64,000 nucleotides of DNA from an archaeon (GCA_020057405.1 JAGVFW010000013.1:23144-87143); one strand, 5' to 3'. Shown: positions 18,763-28,898, counted from the first letter of the stretch. Notes: a model not told the origin generated them from the sequence alone. Translations and numbers: made by a program.

Positions 18763-19230
18763 ATGGACCTGCTGCCGCAAGACGATTGGCTCAAGCTTGG
18801 CGCGAGCGTAGCCGCCTGCGAGGTTGCAGGGATTGCGGGGGCGGCGTTTATGGGGCCCGGCGTAACAGGATTGGCCATAGGCGTGGGGCTTGATTTCGTG
18901 ACTCCCGACCTCGCCTTCGGCCCGCTCCTTACCGCACTCTACATCTTGATGGGCGTCGCGCTCTTTCTAGTCTGGAAGCGCGCTAGGCGACCGGGGTCGG
19001 GTAGGGCACTTGAGCTATTTGGCCTGCAGCTTGCGTTGGGCGTTATTTGGTCCGCAGTATTCTTCGGGCTAAAGTCGCCGGTAGGGGGGCTTGTTGTGAT
19101 AATCTCCTTGCTGGCGACCACGCTGTTAACTATTGCCGAGTTCTGGCGCCTTGACGCGCGGGCTGGCGCGCTTCTCTTGCCTTACCTAGCGTGGGTCACC
19201 TTCGCTGCAGTGACAAACTATTTCGCGTGA
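18763..19230 (+). CDS. tspO: TspO/MBR family tryptophan-rich sensory protein (start moved to an internal Met)
   Basis: Five TM helices and a W-rich sequence. …LPYLAWVTFAAVTNYF… is the TspO C-terminal hallmark. Confidence 0.7.
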   Translation: MDLLPQDDWLKLGASVAACEVAGIAGAAFMGPGVTGLAIGVGLDFVTPDLAFGPLLTALYILMGVALFLVWKRARRPGSGRALELFGLQLALGVIWSAVFFGLKSPVGGLVVIISLLATTLLTIAEFWRLDARAGALLLPYLAWVTFAAVTNYFA

Positions 19231-19255
19231 GCTTAAAGCGCAGGGGGGGAAGCGG

Positions 19256-19516
19256 CTACTCGTGCGAATCCTGAGTCCATGTTTCTTTAAATCTGCGCAG
19301 TAAAGCTGAGGCCCTCAAGCGGGTTATAGGAGTATACTGCACGGCGTGAAACCCGCCGATTTTTTTGTCGTGCTTGAGGTAAACGCCGTTAACTTCCTCC
19401 AAGTACGGCTCGTGGGTGGTTAAGCCGCCAACCGATACTACGTACTGTTTGCCGCCCTCCCGTTGGCGCATCAGGACGTAAGAGTTGGAAGTCACCAGCA
19501 TCTGCTTTGGTTTCAC
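19256..19516 (-). CDS. hypothetical protein (86 aa)
   Basis: ORF only. Confidence 0.3.
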   Translation of the reverse strand: MKPKQMLVTSNSYVLMRQREGGKQYVVSVGGLTTHEPYLEEVNGVYLKHDKKIGGFHAVQYTPITRLRASALLRRFKETWTQDSHE

Positions 19517-19593
19517 AACCGGTTTTGAACGAACAAAGCTTAAAATCTCACCCGGTGCAACTGCTTTTATTGCCGGAGTGGGCTAAACTGTTT

Positions 19594-20070
19594 ATGACAG
19601 CGCAGGTACTGGTCCTTCTCGGCAGCGCGTCCGACAAGCCGGTCTTCGAGAAGGCTAAAACCGTTTTCGACGAGCTTGGCATAAAGTGGGAAGTGCACGT
19701 GGCAAGCGCGCACCGAACGCCACAAAAAGTGGTAAAACTAGTCGAGTCAAGCAAGGCTGACGTCTTCATCGGCATCGCCGGCCTTAGCGCGGCACTCCCC
19801 GGAGTCATTGCCGCGCACACTACAAAACCCGTAATCGGGGTGCCCGTTGACTCAAAGCTAGGTGGCCTTGATGCGCTCCTCTCGGCGGCGCAGTTGCCGC
19901 CTGGCATTCCGGTCGCAAGCGTCGGAATCGACAGGGGGGAAAACGCGGCCCTACTCGCCGCTGCAATGCTTGCCCTCAAGGAACCCGAACTAGGCGAAAA
20001 GCTCGCTAGCTATCGAAAGAAAATGCGCGAGAAAATTGAGGCCGACGACGAAAGCGCGCAAAAGTGGTAA
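19594..20070 (+). CDS. purE: N5-carboxyaminoimidazole ribonucleotide mutase PurE (start moved to an internal Met)
   Basis: …VLVLLGSASDKPV…VASAHRTP…FIGIAGLSAALPGVIAAHTTKPVIGVP… are canonical PurE motifs. Confidence 0.85.
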   Translation: MTAQVLVLLGSASDKPVFEKAKTVFDELGIKWEVHVASAHRTPQKVVKLVESSKADVFIGIAGLSAALPGVIAAHTTKPVIGVPVDSKLGGLDALLSAAQLPPGIPVASVGIDRGENAALLAAAMLALKEPELGEKLASYRKKMREKIEADDESAQKW

Positions 20071-20109
20071 GTAACGAAATAAAGCTCGGCGCAACGCGCT
20101 TGAGAAAAC

Positions 20110-20823
20110 TTAGGCTTTCCGAATAATGTTGCCGCGGCCTTTCTTGATTTTCTTTAGCTTGCCTGCGGCCTCGAGAGAAGTTAGCACGAGGCTAACGCGC
20201 GCTTCCGACCAGTGGGGCAATGCCTTGCGCAGGTCCTTTTGGGTAATGAGGCCGCTTGAAGCGTCAAGCGCATTTAGCACGTCGCGCTCTTCCTCAAGCT
20301 CGAGCGCCCCGCCCGGTTCAGTGGCTTTTGCATCAGCTGGTTGGGGCGGATGTTTCTTTCGCCCGCGCAGGCGGTAGTACGCGCCAAGCACTATGGCCGC
20401 CAAGGCAACGCCTAAAAGGGCAAGCGGAACTGAGAAAGCGGAACCGCCGTCGACTCCCTCGCCCAAGTCGGGCAGGCCTCCGCCCGAGAGCTCGCCCAAA
20501 GACGCGTTTGCCGCCTGGCCCAAGCCAAGCTCGTCGATAAGCACCATGTCGAGACGGTAAGTGCCCGCGCGCTCAACAACGAGGGCTTGGGAGGCCGAGG
20601 CGTTCTCGCGCGAGGTGGCGGAGAGAAGGTAAGTGCCGGGGCCGACCTCGAAACGGTAAGAGCCGTTTGCCGCGACGACCTTTTGAACGGGCGTTGAGTT
20701 GACCTCGACTACCCCCGCCACGGGGCTAAAGGCATAGTCGTAAAGCGTGCCCTCAACAACCGCGGCCGAGGCGGCGGCTGAGAACGCCGTCAACAACACG
20801 AGTGCAACGAATAGCTGTCTCAT
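20110..20823 (-). CDS. membrane-anchored protein: signal peptide, extracytoplasmic β-sandwich, TM helix, cytoplasmic winged-helix domain
   Basis: Hydrophobic N-terminus, then a carboxypeptidase-regulatory-like region (…GTYLLSATS…), a TM helix (LALLGVALAAIVLGAYY), and a C-terminal wHTH-like end (…LNALD…GLITQKDLRKAL…). Confidence 0.4.
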   Translation of the reverse strand: MRQLFVALVLLTAFSAAASAAVVEGTLYDYAFSPVAGVVEVNSTPVQKVVAANGSYRFEVGPGTYLLSATSRENASASQALVVERAGTYRLDMVLIDELGLGQAANASLGELSGGGLPDLGEGVDGGSAFSVPLALLGVALAAIVLGAYYRLRGRKKHPPQPADAKATEPGGALELEEERDVLNALDASSGLITQKDLRKALPHWSEARVSLVLTSLEAAGKLKKIKKGRGNIIRKA

Positions 20824-20957
20824 AACTTAGTTTTGCCCAAAGAGCGTTAATAAGCCTTGTTTTTTCCTTAGGCGGTGGGGTAAAGTTTTGCGAGGCCTAC
20901 GCGGCCTGCCTAAAGCTTTGGCGCAAGTTTTTTTGAAAGATTGCTTATAAAGAAGGC

Positions 20958-22613
20958 TTGGCAGACTACTTACGCTCTGGTAATCCCGGGGCGGGTGATT
21001 GGATTATGAAATTGTTTGGATTAGCTGTTTTGGGCATACTGCTCGCGGCCACGTTTGCCAGCTTTGCTTGGGCCAACGAGAATGGCGCACCTGACGTGAC
21101 TGGTTCCGGAAGCGCGTTTGCAACGCCTAGCGCAGCTGCAACCGATGACAGTGGAACTGAAGAAAATTGGAATGAAGCAACCAAGTGCATAGTTAGTACT
21201 AATGGCATTAAGACCGTGGCGGCAAACTGTGCGGTAAAGTACTGCAACCGGCCGGTCGCCAACATCCTTGACTTTGAAAAGTGCGTCAAAATCCGCGCGA
21301 CCGCCTCTGACGGAGTATCGCCAGTACCGACAGCACTTGACGAGTCAAAGTGCGCAAAGCCCGTTGCCGACGCCAAGACCGCAGCACGCTGCGCCATGCG
21401 CGAATGCTACAAGCCCACCGCAAGCGCAACTGGCATCACGACCACAGCTGCTAATGTACGCACTTGCATCGTAAAGGCCTGCGCCGACCTTACTGCAGAC
21501 GAAACTGCGGCAAAGAACTGCGTTAGCGCCATACCGGCCCCGACTTCAATAAAGCCCCGGGCGACTTCCCGCGAGTACAGCAACTGCGGCAGGCCCGCAT
21601 CCAGCGCGTCTGACGCCGTAAAGTGCGCCCGCCTTGTTCCCACCGCCGTTTCAGCCGTTAGCGTAACTGCTGTTGCAGACGCAATAACTTCCGCCTCGCA
21701 GGAACACGCAAGGTGCAAGCGACTTACGCCTTCATCGGAAAAGGAAACGTGCTTGATAAAAGTCAAGGCAACCCTCGAGGATGCCAAGACACAGGCGACC
21801 GACGAAAGCATGGTGAAGGCAGGCCTGCGCTACGCAATGATTGCAAAGGCAATCGGCGTGAAGCTGACTGACGACGACGCGCCAACCAAGATTGACGCCG
21901 AAGTCACTGCCCGCGACGATGCTTACACAAAAGTTGACGGCGAGTACAAGCTGCGACTTGACGCGCTAAAAGAATGGCGCTCCAAGAAACTCGCGGACTT
22001 ATCTGACTCCGACCGCGGCAAATACCGCGAGGCAGTCAGCAACGTCGTGACCGGCCACATCAAGCGCTTCGGTGCAGTTCTTGCCAAGCTCGAAGCGAAG
22101 GGTGTTGACGTGACTGACGTGAAGGCCAAGGTTGACGCGTGGCTTACCGCATGGAACGCCGCGACGACCAAGGAAGCCAAGATGGCCGTAATCACGACTA
22201 TCAACAGCGAATGGCCGGGCATTAGAGCTAGCCTGCAGGAAAAGTTCGAGCTTGCAAGCGCTGACGAGCTTGCGACCCGCGTTCTAAGCGTGGCCGCAAC
22301 CGCCCGCGTGACTGCAGCCGGCGTTGACGTGCGCGGAGGCGACTCCAGCGCAATCATCACCGCAGCAGCCCAGCTCGAAGGCATTGCAGCCAAGCTAAAG
22401 GCAGCCACCACGGTTGAGCAAGCCAAGGCCGCAAAGGCAGAACTCGAGCCCGCGCTTAGGGAACTGCGCCAGGCGGTGAAAACCGCTGTTGCAACAGTCA
22501 CCGGCTCGGTGATTACCCCCGCCCCCGAGGCGAGTGTAACCGCCACTGCAGGCGCTGAGGCGACCGAAGAGCCCACTGCAGCTGCAACCGTCGTGGCCAC
22601 CACGACTGCATAA
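20958..22613 (+). CDS. secreted Ala/Thr-rich protein with ~8 imperfect Cys-pair repeats and a C-terminal Ala/Lys-rich helical region
   Basis: Signal/TM N-terminus. Recurring C-x(6-12)-C motifs (CAKPVADAKTAARCAMREC…, CIVKACADL…) are followed by a coiled-coil-like segment. Confidence 0.45.
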   Translation: MADYLRSGNPGAGDWIMKLFGLAVLGILLAATFASFAWANENGAPDVTGSGSAFATPSAAATDDSGTEENWNEATKCIVSTNGIKTVAANCAVKYCNRPVANILDFEKCVKIRATASDGVSPVPTALDESKCAKPVADAKTAARCAMRECYKPTASATGITTTAANVRTCIVKACADLTADETAAKNCVSAIPAPTSIKPRATSREYSNCGRPASSASDAVKCARLVPTAVSAVSVTAVADAITSASQEHARCKRLTPSSEKETCLIKVKATLEDAKTQATDESMVKAGLRYAMIAKAIGVKLTDDDAPTKIDAEVTARDDAYTKVDGEYKLRLDALKEWRSKKLADLSDSDRGKYREAVSNVVTGHIKRFGAVLAKLEAKGVDVTDVKAKVDAWLTAWNAATTKEAKMAVITTINSEWPGIRASLQEKFELASADELATRVLSVAATARVTAAGVDVRGGDSSAIITAAAQLEGIAAKLKAATTVEQAKAAKAELEPALRELRQAVKTAVATVTGSVITPAPEASVTATAGAEATEEPTAAATVVATTTA

Positions 22614-22627
22614 ACACCCCCTTGAAT

Positions 22628-22673
22628 CCCCCGCTAGTTTTTTAGGCGGGGGGCAAACCCTTTTTATTTATTA
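22628..22673 (+). terminator. hairpin plus T-tract downstream of the 551-aa secreted-protein gene
   Basis: CCCCCGC-(11 nt)-GCGGGGG, followed by CTTTTTATTTATT. Confidence 0.4.
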
Positions 22674-22697
22674 AAACGCTAGACTCCTGTAATCGAT

Positions 22698-22961
22698 TTG
22701 GAGGTGCTTTGGTTGAAGGAACTGTTGATTGCCCTTTTACTCGGACTTTTGGTAGTAGGATGCGTTGCGCAAGGCGGGTCAAATGCCACGCCCACACCGT
22801 CTGCCACGCCTACGGTTGAGGCCACGCCGCCCGCACCGCCCGGAATTGACTCGAACGAAACGCAAAACGCGATTAACTCAGGATTAGAGGCAAGCCAAGC
22901 ACAGCCGCCCGAAATTCCCGACGACTCGCTTGACATCACTGCAGGCGACCTCGGAGCGTAG
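22698..22961 (+). CDS. small secreted or lipoprotein-like protein (87 aa)
   Basis: Hydrophobic N-terminus ending VVGC, then a Thr/Pro-rich segment. Confidence 0.3.
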   Translation: MEVLWLKELLIALLLGLLVVGCVAQGGSNATPTPSATPTVEATPPAPPGIDSNETQNAINSGLEASQAQPPEIPDDSLDITAGDLGA

Positions 22962-23152
22962 ACAGCCGCTCCCGGCCCCTTCTTTTTTATTTCCCAATTA
23001 CCCCAAAAATACAGGGGATTGTTTTTAGTGACTGAATTCGAGGCAACTGTTGCCGTAATCATCGTGGCCCTCGCACTGCTGTGGCGCTGGTTTTGGCTCT
23101 ACGGCAGGTAACCACCCGGCGTGATTAAAAACAAAACTGCAGAAGAGTATTT

Positions 23153-24781
23153 GTGAAACTAATACCCGCAACCCTCGCCATCCTCCTTCTCTTGGGCGCA
23201 GTCGTTGCATTTGATTCAACAACGCCAAAGAACATTGGCACGGCCAAAGTGTTTTTGGAACTCAATTGGTCCGTCGGATTCCAAAACGGCCTGCCAAACA
23301 CGTTTACCTTCAAAACATTCAGCTTCCCGACGACAAAAGCGCAAGTGGCTAGAGTGGAGGCCGGGGGAAGCCACCCCTTTGCCCAAAAGACCGACTCGTT
23401 TGGCAACAACCTGCTGGAATTCTCTTTTAGCCCCAAGCGTTCGACTGAAAACATGGTGGCGCGCGCTTCAGTCGATGTTGACTACGCCAATGCAGCCCCA
23501 ATGACTGGAGGGGAAAAAGAGTACCTAGCGACTACCGACCTCACTAGAGTCAGCGCGGGCATCGCCGCCAAGGCACTTGGAATAAAGGCGGGAGCAAGTG
23601 GTGAAACCGACACAGTCGTTAGGATGACTGACTGGGTGCACAACCGCGTGCGCTACGACGGCCCGGGATATGGAGCGAGCATCCAGAACGCCAACTGGGT
23701 GTTCGAAAACCAGGTGGGCACGTGCGACGAGTACAGCCACCTCCTAATCAGCATGCTCCGTTCGCTATCCATCCCCGCCAAGTTCGTGGCGGGATACGTC
23801 TGCAGCGTCAACTGCACTGAATCTGCCAACTGGGGACCCCACGCGTGGGTCGAGGCGTACGCCGACGGCAAGTGGGTTCCAGCCGACCCCACCTTTAACG
23901 AAGCCATACTGCTTGACGCAACGCACGTGAAATTCGCGCAAGGCGCCGACCAAAACGACATCAAGGAATCGCTCTCGACAACGCCATTTGGCTACTCGCT
24001 TTCAAACGTGCGCGTCGACCGCGCGGCGACAATCGGGCTTGACGAAGCGGGGCCATTCCCCGCGCTCTTTGAACTCGAGGTAAGCGGGCCAAACACCACG
24101 TTGGGCGGCGGGGCGAGCGCGAACATCACCGCGCGCATCAAGTCAACTGCAAGTGAGCCAATCGCAGTGCCACTGTCGCTCTCGGCACCAGCCGAGACTA
24201 ATGTCATCGGAGAGACTGACTCGCTCGTCTACTTGCTTCCCGGAAAAGAAATAACGCGCCAGTGGCAAGTCATACTCCCCAATCAGTTGCAGGACGGCTA
24301 CACCTACAGTTTCCCAGCCAAGGTAAGCGCCCTTGGAGAAGAGCGCGAAATCACAATCAAGGCGCAAACGGGAGGCCAGAGCGACTCGCCCGAGGGGCTC
24401 CACATGCTTGACATTGACCCACGGCTTGAAGCCGACGGCTCACTCGCAGTCAAGATCCAGTTTCTCAACACCGGACAGAAGGAAATACGAAACGCGAACG
24501 TCGTTCTCGACACAAACGCAGGCAAGGAAGAACAAACGCTCAACCTCGAAGTCGGCTCGCGCGGCTCACTCGAGTTCACGCTGCACCCGCAGGGGCTTAC
24601 GACCGTGAGCGGCAGGATTACGGCTGACACTGGAACCTACAAAATCAGCCGGCCAATACTCGTTGACCTGCCCCAGCCAACGCCAACGCCGGGGCTCACC
24701 GAAACATTCTCCGACCAGACCATCTTCACGCTAATCAACGACTTCATTATCGGCGTGCTCAAGTTCCTCGGCATGGTCTGA
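23153..24781 (+). CDS. secreted transglutaminase-like (papain-fold) domain protein
   Basis: Signal peptide. The Cys-His-Asp core is GTCDEYSHLL…GPHAWVEAY…VPADPT. Confidence 0.7.
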   Translation: MKLIPATLAILLLLGAVVAFDSTTPKNIGTAKVFLELNWSVGFQNGLPNTFTFKTFSFPTTKAQVARVEAGGSHPFAQKTDSFGNNLLEFSFSPKRSTENMVARASVDVDYANAAPMTGGEKEYLATTDLTRVSAGIAAKALGIKAGASGETDTVVRMTDWVHNRVRYDGPGYGASIQNANWVFENQVGTCDEYSHLLISMLRSLSIPAKFVAGYVCSVNCTESANWGPHAWVEAYADGKWVPADPTFNEAILLDATHVKFAQGADQNDIKESLSTTPFGYSLSNVRVDRAATIGLDEAGPFPALFELEVSGPNTTLGGGASANITARIKSTASEPIAVPLSLSAPAETNVIGETDSLVYLLPGKEITRQWQVILPNQLQDGYTYSFPAKVSALGEEREITIKAQTGGQSDSPEGLHMLDIDPRLEADGSLAVKIQFLNTGQKEIRNANVVLDTNAGKEEQTLNLEVGSRGSLEFTLHPQGLTTVSGRITADTGTYKISRPILVDLPQPTPTPGLTETFSDQTIFTLINDFIIGVLKFLGMV

Positions 24782-24846
24782 GACGCTGTCGTCCAATACT
24801 CATTTAAGCCTGTCGCGAGCCTAAAACTATTGAGAGCGACTACCAT

Positions 24847-24919
24847 GCGGCGGTGGTCCAATGGTAAGATATGGCCTTGCCAAGGCTAAGACCCGGGTCC
24901 GATTCCCGGCCGCCGCACC
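24847..24919 (+). tRNA. tRNA-Gly (anticodon GCC)
   Basis: GCGGCGG/CCGCCGC acceptor, anticodon stem UGGCC/GGCUA with loop UUGCCAA, T-arm CCGGG-UCCGAUU-CCCGG. Confidence 0.75.
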
Positions 24920-24926
24920 TCTCTTC

Positions 24927-25421
24927 TTATTTTCTCCTAAGTGCCTGGTAGTCCTTGACTCCCTTTAGCCAGCCGCCTTGGAAACAACCGGCAGGGTTGA
25001 AGTTTTTGATCGAGACCCACTTGGACCTCCCGTGTTGCCCCGACAGCGCTATCTTCCCGCCCAAAAAAACCGCCAGGTAGCCAATGGCGAATATCCTCGC
25101 TTTTTTGCCCGTGCTTGCTTCCACCCGCTCGTGTCGCATGAACACAACGGGCTTTCCCAAGCGGTATCTTGCGGCGGGCCCCAGCTCCTCGCGCATTTTC
25201 CGCTCGAGAATCTTATCGAGTGGAATGTCAAACTCGTGACGCTGAATCCTGCCGCCAGGAATGTCCCAATCACCATAACTATCCTTGAAGATGAAAAACT
25301 TGTCGCCATGCTCGAGGAAAACCTTGACTGCCACAAAATACAAGTCACGTTCGGATGCGGTCATGTCCAGCAAATTAGTGCAAGAACTCTTAAAAGCGGC
25401 AGGTGGGAATTTAACCGGCAC
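24927..25421 (-). CDS. NUDIX hydrolase
   Basis: Nudix box GGRIQRHEFDIPLDKILERKMREELG. Confidence 0.65.
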   Translation of the reverse strand: MPVKFPPAAFKSSCTNLLDMTASERDLYFVAVKVFLEHGDKFFIFKDSYGDWDIPGGRIQRHEFDIPLDKILERKMREELGPAARYRLGKPVVFMRHERVEASTGKKARIFAIGYLAVFLGGKIALSGQHGRSKWVSIKNFNPAGCFQGGWLKGVKDYQALRRK

Positions 25422-25851
25422 CGGTTATTTGCGCGCCGTTTGCAAGTCCAAGCTCCGCCGCCTTGCCGGCATTGACTTCAACCACGTACTTGGCGGCCCG
25501 CTTGGGATAGTGAATGGGGCACTCCTGCGGAGTGCAGGGACTCGCGTTTTCCCACGAGTCGACGACCGAATAGCTCGCGTCAAGAAAGACTATGTCAAGC
25601 GGGAACTGCATGTCCTTCATCCAAAAGCCCCGAAAGTCAAGAGTTTCAAACGAAAAGAGCATGCAGCAGTCGGGACACAAGTAAGAGTAGTTAGATAAGC
25701 CCGCCTCCCGCGCTTGGGAAGTCGAGGCGACCTCGCACTGCAGGGTGGCACCGGAAGGAGTGGAGAGCTGCACGGTCGGGTTCCTTGGGAGAAAGAACGC
25801 AATTGCGGCGACCGCGAGGACTAGCACGGCGATTGCAACGAGCTTTGTCAC
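25411..25851 (-). CDS. DUF192 (COG1430) family protein with an N-terminal TM/signal segment
   Basis: …CMLFSFETLDFRGFWMKDMQFPLDIVFLD… matches the conserved DUF192 core. Confidence 0.6.
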   Translation of the reverse strand: MTKLVAIAVLVLAVAAIAFFLPRNPTVQLSTPSGATLQCEVASTSQAREAGLSNYSYLCPDCCMLFSFETLDFRGFWMKDMQFPLDIVFLDASYSVVDSWENASPCTPQECPIHYPKRAAKYVVEVNAGKAAELGLANGAQITGAG

Positions 25852-25863
25852 GCGGCATCCCCC

Positions 25864-26208
25864 CTAGCGCACTGTCGCGCCGTCACTGATTTCATCTATG
25901 ACAGTAAGAAGCGCAACCTTGCCGGCGCCGTCGTCGGCGGCCAAAAGCATGCCCTGGCTCTCGATGCCCCTAATTGTCCTCGGCTCGAGGTTGGCGACAA
26001 CGACAACTAGCCTGCCCAAAAGCTCGTCGGGAGCGTAGTGCTCGGCCAATCCGGCAGCCAAAGTGCGTGTCTCGGCGCCGATGCGAACGGAGAGGCGGTA
26101 GAGCTTGTCGCTGCCCTCGACAGGCTCGCACTCGATTATCTTGCCCACACGCAGCTCCAGCTTCTTGAAGTCGTCAAAACTTGCAGACATGCCTAAACCC
26201 CCCCACAA
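25864..26208 (-). CDS. tRNA-binding (Myf/EMAP/CsaA-like OB-fold) domain protein
   Basis: …FKKLELRVGKIIECEPVEGSDKLYRLSV…LVVVVANLEPRTIRGIESQGMLLAA… is the characteristic tRNA-binding domain. Confidence 0.7.
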   Translation of the reverse strand: MWGGLGMSASFDDFKKLELRVGKIIECEPVEGSDKLYRLSVRIGAETRTLAAGLAEHYAPDELLGRLVVVVANLEPRTIRGIESQGMLLAADDGAGKVALLTVIDEISDGATVR

Positions 26209-26418
26209 ACGCTTACATACGTCGCAACAACGGCTTAAAAACGCCGCGACGGCAAGCTGACGGCCACGTCATTCAGTGAATTTAATAGAACTATTAACAA
26301 ATTAATAATAGCGGTGCATTTTTGCTTTTAAAGTGGGCCGGAGGAACGCAAGCGGCGCAAGGCAAGCTTTAAGGGACTTTAAAACAAGTGGCGACCAAAT
26401 AATGTGGAGACGGTTTAG

Positions 26419-27651
26419 ATGGCAGTAGCAGTCATACTCGCCGCGGGCAGGGGCACACGGCTTGAGCCAATTAGCGAGAGTACGCCAAAGGCACTCGTAC
26501 GGATAGCCGGCAAGCCCCTTGCGGAGTACGCTGCCGAGGGCGTCGCGCCCCTTTTTGGCAAAATAGTTATCGTCATAAGCGCACAGGACAAGGAAGCCTT
26601 TGAAAAGCACTTTTCAGGCAAGGCCTATGCAAAGAAAATTGTTTACGCAATTCAGCAAAGCGCAAACGGCACGGCGCACGCGATCCTCGCCGCGTCAAAG
26701 CAAATCGGCGCAAGCGACTTTCTCGTGCTAAACGGCGACTGCTTCTTTTCCCCAGAGTTTTACCGAGAGCTGGCGGGCCGCTTGATGAAGCGCGCGCCGT
26801 TTATCGTCGGCAAACGCGTTAACGACGCTTACAACTTCGGATTGCTTAAGGAAAAGAACGGCAGCCTCACGGGCATTGCGGAAAAGGACCCTGCCGCTAA
26901 GGAAGGCATCATCAACACCGGGGCCTACTACGTCAAGAACGATTTTCTGGCCGTCCTTGCGAAGGTCAAAAAGTCTCCGCGCGGGGAACTCGAGGCAACC
27001 GATGGCCTGACCGCCTATGCGGTAAAACAGAAAGTGGAAATCGCAATGCACTCCGGTTTCTGGACTGATGTGGGATACTATTGGAACTATCTCGACGCCA
27101 ACGCCTATGCCCTCGAGCACATGGCGAAGGAAGGCATTGAAGGCGTTGTCGAGCCCGGCGTGACGGTTAAGGGCAAGGTGTTTGTTGGCAAGGGCAGCGT
27201 CGTTAAGGCCGGCACCTACATCGAGGGCCCGGTTTACATTGGCGAAAACTGCGTAGTCGGGCCAGGGTCGCACTTGCGGCCCTACGCGTTTCTAGAAAGA
27301 GACAACCACGTGGGCAACTCTAGTGAAGTCAAGAACAGCGTGCTTTTGGCCGGCGCAAACGCGCCGCACTTCAACTATGTCGGCGACAGCGTGCTTTGCG
27401 AGGAAGTCAATTTTGGCGCTGGTGCGAAGACCGCGAACTTCCGCTTCGACGCGGGAAACATTTCGTGTGAAGTGAAAGGCAAGCGCGTCGACTCCGGCAG
27501 GCGAAAGCTCGGAGCGTGCATCGGCAGGGGAGCGAAAATCGGGGTGAACGCCACTCTAAACTGCGGCGTGCTTGTTGGCTCGGGCAGCCGCGTGCTGCCA
27601 AACGCTTTTCTTGCAGGCAACCTGCCAAGCGGCACTACTTTCAGGGGATGA
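26419..27651 (+). CDS. bifunctional sugar-1-phosphate nucleotidyltransferase / left-handed β-helix acetyltransferase (archaeal GlmU-like)
   Basis: N-terminal AVILAAGRGTRLEP nucleotidyltransferase motif. The C-terminus has hexapeptide repeats (…VGENCVVGPGSHL…). Confidence 0.75.
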   Translation: MAVAVILAAGRGTRLEPISESTPKALVRIAGKPLAEYAAEGVAPLFGKIVIVISAQDKEAFEKHFSGKAYAKKIVYAIQQSANGTAHAILAASKQIGASDFLVLNGDCFFSPEFYRELAGRLMKRAPFIVGKRVNDAYNFGLLKEKNGSLTGIAEKDPAAKEGIINTGAYYVKNDFLAVLAKVKKSPRGELEATDGLTAYAVKQKVEIAMHSGFWTDVGYYWNYLDANAYALEHMAKEGIEGVVEPGVTVKGKVFVGKGSVVKAGTYIEGPVYIGENCVVGPGSHLRPYAFLERDNHVGNSSEVKNSVLLAGANAPHFNYVGDSVLCEEVNFGAGAKTANFRFDAGNISCEVKGKRVDSGRRKLGACIGRGAKIGVNATLNCGVLVGSGSRVLPNAFLAGNLPSGTTFRG

Positions 27652-28898
27652 ACTTTATGTTTAGGGGATACGACATCAGGGGCCTTTACGGCAGCGAAGT
27701 CACTGACGAGAAGTTCACTGCCCTAGGCCGGACGCTAAACGCTTTTGCAGGTCGGGAAATCATCGCCGGAATGGACTACCGGCCGGCAAGCGGCAAGCTC
27801 TTCAACGCATTTTGCAAGGGATTTTCAGGCACGGTTAAGTCGCTTGGCATCGTCCCAACTCCCGCAGCGTCGTTTTCCTCACGGGGGTGGGGTATTGTAT
27901 TTACTGCAAGCCACAACCCGGCCCAGTACGCGGGCGCCAAGTTCGTGCACTTGCAAAGAATGGCAAGCGAAGCGGAACTAAAGTCGCTTGAAGATGGTTA
28001 CGAAAAGCAGTTGAAGGCCGGCGGTGCAGCCGGAAGTGCAAACGCGAAAGTAATTGACTCCCCGGAATTGCTTGCGGCGTACATCGAATCTATTCCGGAA
28101 ATGGGTAACGCGATTTTCGACTTGGGCGGCGGCTCCGCGTGCGCAGTCAAGCAATTGTTCGGCAAAAGGCTTTTTGATGTGCCCGACCCGAATTTCGAGA
28201 AGCACTCGCCCGAACCAAAGGACGAAACTCTAGGCGAGCTAAAGCGCGCGACGGTGAAGGAAAAAGCGCTTGGCCTGGCTTTTGACGGTGACGGCGACAG
28301 GTGCATGGTCGCCGCAGGCGGCCGCGTGATTGACGGGGGGATTATGGCCGCGTGGCTTTGCGAAAACCATTTCAAAAAAGGCGACCGCATGGTGATTAAC
28401 ATCGACTTTACGGACGAGGTCAAGTACTACCTCGCCGACGCGGGCTTCCGCGTTTCAGTCTGCGCAGTTGGCACGACAAACGTCGTTCACGCGGTGCTAA
28501 AAGAAAGCGCCGCGCTTGGCGCAGAGCGAAACGGCCACTATTATTTCCCCAAGCATGTGCCTGACAGCGATGGCATTTACGCCGCGGCGCTCTTCTCGCA
28601 AGCAACGGCAAAGGAAATCCAAGAGTTTGCGGCCCGGTTCAAAAGCGTGCTGATTACGCAGGCGGTTGAGGGACCTGTGAACTTCATCAGGCTAAAGGAA
28701 ATCTTGGTGCAGGACGAAAGCTTGCTTGAAACTAGCTTTCTAGACGGCGTTTACGCGCGCTTTGAGGACTTTACCCTGCTAATACGCGAGTCGAAGACCG
28801 AACCCAAAGTGCGCATTAACTCCGAAGGAAAAAACAGGGAAAACGCGCTAAAGGGAATGGAGAAGGCAAAAGAAATGCTTGCCAAGTGCAGAGCCTAG
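27648..28898 (+). CDS. phosphohexomutase (phosphoglucosamine/phosphomannomutase family); ATGA overlap with the upstream gene
   Basis: Active-site TASHNPAQYAG and Mg site FDGDGDR. The start moved to MNFMFRGYD inside the listed ORF. Confidence 0.8.
   Translation: MNFMFRGYDIRGLYGSEVTDEKFTALGRTLNAFAGREIIAGMDYRPASGKLFNAFCKGFSGTVKSLGIVPTPAASFSSRGWGIVFTASHNPAQYAGAKFVHLQRMASEAELKSLEDGYEKQLKAGGAAGSANAKVIDSPELLAAYIESIPEMGNAIFDLGGGSACAVKQLFGKRLFDVPDPNFEKHSPEPKDETLGELKRATVKEKALGLAFDGDGDRCMVAAGGRVIDGGIMAAWLCENHFKKGDRMVINIDFTDEVKYYLADAGFRVSVCAVGTTNVVHAVLKESAALGAERNGHYYFPKHVPDSDGIYAAALFSQATAKEIQEFAARFKSVLITQAVEGPVNFIRLKEILVQDESLLETSFLDGVYARFEDFTLLIRESKTEPKVRINSEGKNRENALKGMEKAKEMLAKCRA

Noticed and set aside
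24978-25698. Plus-strand ORFs 24978-25475 and 25285-25698 overlapping the Nudix and DUF192 genes.
   Set aside because: The minus-strand products carry a Nudix box and the DUF192 core respectively. The plus-strand translations have no motifs.
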